DNA from: Octopus vulgaris
Taxonomy: Eukaryota
Reading direction: 5' to 3'
DNA: 64,000 nt
NCBI GenBank assembly: GCA_951406725.2
Contig: OX597815.1
Coordinates: 58,528,001 to 58,592,000 of the forward strand
Shown here: piece after piece, positions 54,625 through 64,000 of the stretch
Layout: each line of letters opens with the position of its first letter
How positions within the stretch are numbered: position 1 is the first letter of the stretch
The notes under the pieces: model-generated
What the model saw: the letters and a program-made list of their open reading frames with translations, nothing else
Database searches by the model: none
What the model was told of the DNA's origin: nothing
Made by a program: the position numbers and the translations under genes

Positions 54625-57600
54625 TTCCAGTTTCAGCTAATGAGCTGTGGCCATGCTGTGGCACCGCCATTTGGTTTGCTACACGGGTTTTTACCTCACG
54701 GATGCTTACCTTAGCAACGCCATCTGATGCATGAGAGAGTTCGATGCAGCTGCCCTCATCTGCACCTCCTGCCGTGAAGTTGGTTCATCAGGGACACCTG
54801 ACAGGAAGAGATCCAGTCCTACTTTAAAGACATCCGCATCTACACCATGCAGGTCCCTCAGGTTCTTCGGGAGGACATTGAAGAGCCGTGGGCCTCTGAA
54901 GCCCAGGCTATCACAATATCTTCTCTACATCTTGATGGCAAATTTGGAGTCCTTGGTACTACGCAGTGGCGTCCGGTTCTGGCGTTTGTGTGACTCTCGA
55001 TGCCAAAGTCTGGGACAAGACCTTCCAGGATCTTCCAGATATATATTATGGCATATCTTTCTCGCCTACGCTCCAGGGAATAGAGCTTTAATCTCTTGAG
55101 TCTCTCCCAGTAGCTTGTATGCTGCACAGAGGCTATCTTCTTCGTGTAGCTTCGTTGGATCGCCTCAAGTTCTGTGATCAACTTGACACTGGATGGTGAC
55201 CATAGCTGAGAGCAATAGTCAAAGTGGCTTAGGACAAGTGTCTTCCAGAGGACCATCATGGTTTCTTGTTCTCTTGTTCTAAAAGGTTCTAAGAATCCAG
55301 CCAGCCAGCCGTCTGCATTTCATTGTCAGTTTAGCAACATGTACATGAAAGGTCGCGTCATCACTCATGTGAATACCCAGGTCACGCACTGATTGTGCCT
55401 CTGGGATTGCAATCCCTCCGGGTCCAGTGTATTCATTGGGTATTGCATTCAGTCTTGCATGCTGATAGTATAAAGCTTGAAACTTTTCAGCATTGAACTG
55501 CATGCTATTCTTTTCAGCCCACTTGTATATTTCGTCAGCTCACATTGCAGGTGCTTAGTGTCTTCAGGGTTCTGTATTGCCTGTGAAACTTTTGTATCAT
55601 CTGCATAACTTGTGATCGTGGCTCTCCGCGTGGCTGAGGGCATGTCTGAGAGGGCCATTATGAACAGTAGTGGTCCCAAAACAGTGCCCTGTGGAACACC
55701 GCTCACTATTTGCGTGCTAATGGAAGTGGCCCCATTGGCTGCTACCACCTGACTTCTATTCTTCAGAAAGTCATGAAGCCATTCTCCTAGTTTTCCAACT
55801 ATGCCAAGATCACGCAGTTTGTGACATATCATTCCATGATCGACTTTATCGAAGGCCTTTGCGAAGTCGAGATATATGACTTCCACATTTGAGTGGTTGA
55901 GCAGTTGTTTCAGCACCCAGTCATAGTGCTGCAGGAGCTGAGTTAAGCAGCTTCTTCCTGGTCGGAAACCATGTTGGGTGTCAGGCAGCAAGTCATTTTC
56001 TTCAAGGAAAGGTGATTAGTTTCCTTCTGACTATTCGTTCCATGACCTTGCTGATGTGTGAGGAGTCAGAGAGATAGGTCTGTAGTTCTTGGCCTCCGCT
56101 CTGCTACCTCCTTTATGAATAGGGCATATTTTACCTTCCTTCAGTTTTCTTGGAAGTTTGCCAGCTGCAAGGAAGCTCTGAAGAGGAACTGCAGTGGTCT
56201 TGCTAGGACTCTCTTACATACTTTTAGGAGGATTGCCGGGAATCCATCGGGGCCAATAGCTGAGTCTGTTTTCATTTCATCTATAGCCTTTATTACATCG
56301 TCTTCCTTTATATCGATGTAATTTATCGTCGCCGCCTCTGATTCTATATCTGCAGTGGTAAAGAAGTCAGTTGGATTGCTGATTTGGAAATGCCCAAGGG
56401 GTGGAGTGAAAGAAACACTCTTGAATTGTTCATTCAGTATTTCACTTACCCTCATTAATTTTTCCTGTGAGTGTGCCATCCTTTTCAAGGAGTGGCCCTA
56501 TCCTACAGTGCACCGTAGCTGTTTCTTTGGCATACCTGTAGAAAGCTCTGGGGTTAGTTTTTATGTTCTGTCTATAGCCCAGGCTTCTTTGTCTGCTCTC
56601 TCCTTCTCATGGGAGAGTTGCAGACAATTTTCAATTTCCTAACAGTTTTATTTTCAGGCGGGACTTTTCACTGCTTTCATGGCTTGCATTACAGACATGA
56701 ATTGTTGAAGTATCATGTCGATGTCCGGCGAGGAGAGACATTCAGGCCAGTTTTGTTTGAGGATCTCTTTCTCAATTTGTTTCCAGTTTGCCTTATTAAA
56801 GTTCAAGCTGGAAAGATTCTGAGGGTTTCTTGTAGGCTGCATGTCCGTGCTCTCTTTTGGCCCATACATGGTCAGCTCTACCATGTTGTGATCCGAGAGT
56901 AGTGTCGGTGTCACTTTCACATTATGGATGAGATCCATATTATTTGTGAAGCAGAGCTCCAGTGTGTTACCTGCTCTGGTTGGTTGGAGTATTACTTGCT
57001 CCATGTACAGGGTGTTGGTGAGATTCAGGAGGGACCTCGCCTGTCCTCGTTCATATCTTGTCATTCCTGGGAGAGAAAGGCCCTCGGGCCATCTGACATT
57101 TGGTAGATTGAAGTCTCCCATGAGAAGTACACTTATGTGTTGTTCTAATGTGATTAGAACTTCTTCTATTTTTAAAAGGCAGTCCTCAAACTTGCCCATA
57201 TGACTTGGGGCATCTGGACGGCGATATGTAGCACACACAACTACATCAAGTTGCCTTATGTGTACAATTAGTGTGTCACACACCGAGTTTCAGTATGACA
57301 AAAGCACCTGGGGTGTGAGGTCCCCACGGATGTACATAGCAACTCCTCCATGACTCCTTTCTTTCCTGTCGGTCTGTAGTACAACATACTGTGGTATGTG
57401 TAATTCCGCATCTGCTATGTCCGGTTTCAGATGCGTTTCTGTGAGTGCTATGCATAAGGCTTGATTGCATGCGACAAAGTCTCTCAGGAACAGGACTTTT
57501 GTCCTGTTACTGTGTGTTAGTAGTCCTCTGATGTTCAGTAGGAGCATCGAGGTGAGGTGTATGCTGTTGCCGGCGGTGTCCACCCTGGGTCCATCTGCTG

Positions 57601-58430
57601 TGGCGGTCTTGTGAACTGTGAGCAGTTCCATCTGCGAGCCTGAGCCTGATGGAGCCAGGTTAGCTGCTGTACAATCTTTTGTGCCATGCACAAAAAAGAT
57701 TCCTGCTCAGCAGCTGCCCTTTCAACAACACGTTGGTGGTTTGTGGTACGCACCACATCTGCGTACCTCCGTTTTGGGGCAGGTGATGCGTGGTCCATCC
57801 CATTTCCTTTCGGTGGTTGGTTTCTGTGGCAGGGTCCCGGATGTGCAAAGCGGCAGCCTGCACCTTCCTCTCCATGCCGGCAGGCACCTTTCAGGTAGAA
57901 CCTACATACCCGTGTGCGCTGCTTGTTTCCATCCTTTTTGGCATATGGATAGTTAGGTTTGCCTCTATCCCTGGCTGCCTTGCCCCTTGGCTTTGTCTGT
58001 GTTTTAGCTTCAGTTTTTCTTCCTTTTTGGTTTTTTCATCTCCATGTCCATGGCTTTTGGTGCTGGTAGGAGCATCCGCACCTGGGTTCATCTCCCGGGC
58101 AGGCCTCTCAATGGAGTTTTCTTCCTGGGCGTCTACCAGGTGGGGGTGACCCTCCTCATCAGCGCCCGCGTCTCTATCCTTGCCATCTTTACTTTGTTCG
58201 CGTTTTTCGCTGTCAAACATGGCATCCAGCGTGTTAATGTGCGATCTGACAAGTGCGTAGGAGCGTATAAATTCTTGCTTCTTCCGCTCTATTTGAGCTG
58301 ACGTCCTTTTGTATCCGTTGTTCTTCAGCACAGCCGTAATTATATTATTTGGATTTTCTCCGTCAGCGCATTGCCATCCTCGCAGGAACCACGCCAGTTC
58401 GTCACGTTTCCAGGTTCTGGACATTCTTGA
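54625..58430 (-). mobile_element. Near full-length CR1/L2-type LINE (ORF1-like region, APE, RT, tail), frameshifted
   Basis: LLNIRGL..IALTETHL..GDFNLP..SDHN (APE); DFAKAFD, GVPQGTVLGP, YADD (RT); tail at ~54630. Confidence 0.92.
57830..58424 (-). pseudogene. ORF1-like N-terminal region: Myb/SANT-like (trihelix) domain and CCCH zinc finger
   Basis: MSRTWKRDELAWFLRGW..IITAVLKNNGYKRTSAQIERKK; shifted frame VCRFYLKGACRHGEEGAGCRFAHP (~57838-57909). Confidence 0.6.
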
Positions 58431-59220
58431 TATTTTATCTATCTATCTATCTAATTATATTATATTAATTTATATTAATCTAATAGTGCAATAGGGGGTA
58501 GGGAGGAAGTAGAGAAAGAGAAATTACAAGAAATTACGGAGATATAAAACAATAATTCGATACACACATACATATACATACAGACACACACACGCATGTG
58601 ACAAATAATATTTGCGACTATACTTCTAACACACACATATCCATACACATAGATATATTATTGTTTTCTGTTTGAAAGAACAATATTGATAACAAAATAA
58701 ATAATATCTTCCTTACCTTACCGGCTGAGAGAGTACTTACGTGATTCCTTTTTATGAGAAAGGAAGATAGATAGACAAGACAGACCTTTTATATTCCTTA
58801 AGCGTATTTTGTAAACAAACGGGATTTGAGTTTCGATTTAGCACATGCAACAGTTTGAGGATACTTTCTGTATTTTCCTAAGCGATTTGGTATTAAGCAG
58901 CAAATTTTTCAAAGGCTTTTTTCAGAACACGCAGATATACATCAAAAACGAAAATATCCTGTGTCTTGTTGATTCACAGACGAAGAATAAAATTCACTTC
59001 GATTTCGGAAGTAACACACGTGCGTATTAACACGTGTATTCGCGAGTATGTTCTAGTTGCAAAATACTATATCAAGAGCGAAAATATTCTTCTCAAATAC
59101 AATGACTTGTTGTACTTTCACTTATATTCGCTTTGCAGACAATTTCGCTTCTGATAACATCGATGTCTGGAAGGACTTCTTTAATATTTAGGAGAGACAC
59201 GTTAACACACTTGTTGTTAG

Positions 59221-62718
<3,498 letters not shown>

Positions 62719-62887
62719 ATAATAGTTATCGCCATACTAATATGGTATTCTTATAAAAATAAGAAAAAAGCTGTCCGCTTATTAGCTCCATGAGGCCATC
62801 GCCTTAAGTTAGCTATTTGATACACAAACTGTATCCATATAACCTTCGAACAAGGGAGGTCAGTTGCTCCACACTACTTGACCGGCA

Positions 62888-62928
62888 GCTACAGACGCGT
62901 TTCGGAGTATTGCCCTTTTCAATGCAGC
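62888..62928 (-). ncRNA. Minimal type I hammerhead, U3:A8 variant
   Basis: GCTGCA-TTGAAAA-GGGcaataCTCC-GAAA-CGCG-TC-TGTAGC. Confidence 0.7.
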
Positions 62929-62975
62929 GTAGCCAGCCAGTAGGTGTCGCTTCCGACAATCTCTGTTCGATGGTT

Positions 62976-63022
62976 TTATTTACCTAGTTTCGGTGGAATA
63001 CATCCACTTGTTTTCAATAATA
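62976..63022 (-). ncRNA. Second U3:A8 hammerhead-like motif (inverted copy at ~63379-63425, + strand)
   Basis: TATTA-TTGAAAA-CAAGTGGAtgtatTCCACC-GAAA-CTAGG-TA-AATA; stem I needs a bulge. Confidence 0.5.
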
Positions 63023-63247
63023 GAAATATTAAAATAACTAAGTCTCTCTAAAAGAGAACAGCGGCAGCGTTCCCGGAAAATAATAGTTATCGCCATACTA
63101 ATATGGTATTCTTATAAAAATAAGAAAAAGCTGTCCGCTTATTAGCTCCATGAGGCCATCGCCTTAAGTTAGCTATTTGATACACAAACTGTATCCATAT
63201 AACCTTCGAACAAGGGAGGTCAGTTGCTCCACACTACTCGACCGGCA

Positions 63248-63289
63248 GCTACAGACGCGTTTCGGAGTATTGCCCCTTTTCAATGCAGC
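63248..63289 (-). ncRNA. Minimal type I hammerhead, U3:A8 variant, second copy
   Basis: GCTGCA-TTGAAAA-GGGGcaataCTCC-GAAA-CGCG-TC-TGTAGC. Confidence 0.72.
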
Positions 63290-63623
63290 GTAGCCAGCCA
63301 ATAGTATGGCGATAACTATTATTTTCCGGGAACGCTGCCGCTGTTCTCTTTTAGAGAGACTTAGTTATTTTAATATTTCTATTATTGAAAACAAGTGGAT
63401 GTATTCCACCGAAACTAGGTAAATAAAACCATCGAACAGAGATTGTCGGATACAGTTTGTGTATCAAATAGCTAACTTAAGGCGATGGCCTCATGGAGCT
63501 AATAAGCGGACAGCTTTTTACTTATTTTTATAAGAATACCATATTAGTATGGCGATAACTATTATTTTCCGGGAACGCTGCCGCTGTTCTCTTTTAGAGA
63601 CTTAGTTATTTTAATATTTCTAT

Positions 63624-64000
<377 letters not shown>

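Larger units (their letters stand above)
62719..63625. mobile_element. 361-bp hammerhead-bearing unit: ~1.6 direct copies followed by inverted pieces (PLE pseudo-LTR/retrozyme-like)
   Basis: aatagttatcgccatact at 62721 and 63082; reverse complement at ~63303 and ~63546. Confidence 0.8.

Overview
AT-rich eukaryotic repeat-dense DNA, most likely from an octopus or other coleoid cephalopod (inferred from the tRNA-derived SINE, RTE and CR1 families). No host protein-coding gene can be supported. Nearly all long ORFs in the track are (TA)n artefacts or transposon remnants. The window is a stack of RTE LINEs (one with a 916-aa open APE-RT frame), CR1/L2-type LINEs, tRNA-SINEs, non-autonomous Helitrons, Penelope-like elements (PLEs), mariner and piggyBac scraps and a probable solo LTR, most of them inserted into (TA)n tracts. 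The most notable signals are RNA-level and were read by eye. (1) Two diverged, inverted copies of a repeat carry an apparently non-circularly permuted hammerhead ribozyme (order: cleavage strand, GAAA, CUGAUGA) with a compensatory change in stem I. (2) A 355-nt, highly self-complementary tandem repeat has one type I hammerhead per unit (retrozyme/circRNA-like). (3) A 361-bp unit carries two U3:A8 variant hammerheads. (4) Across about 14 hammerhead-like motifs, all four Watson-Crick options of the 3:8 core pair occur. (5) Two ORF-less RTE derivatives join tandemly amplified 330- or 370-bp 5' monomers to an RTE 3' tail. All folds and family assignments are manual and untested, and element boundaries are approximate.
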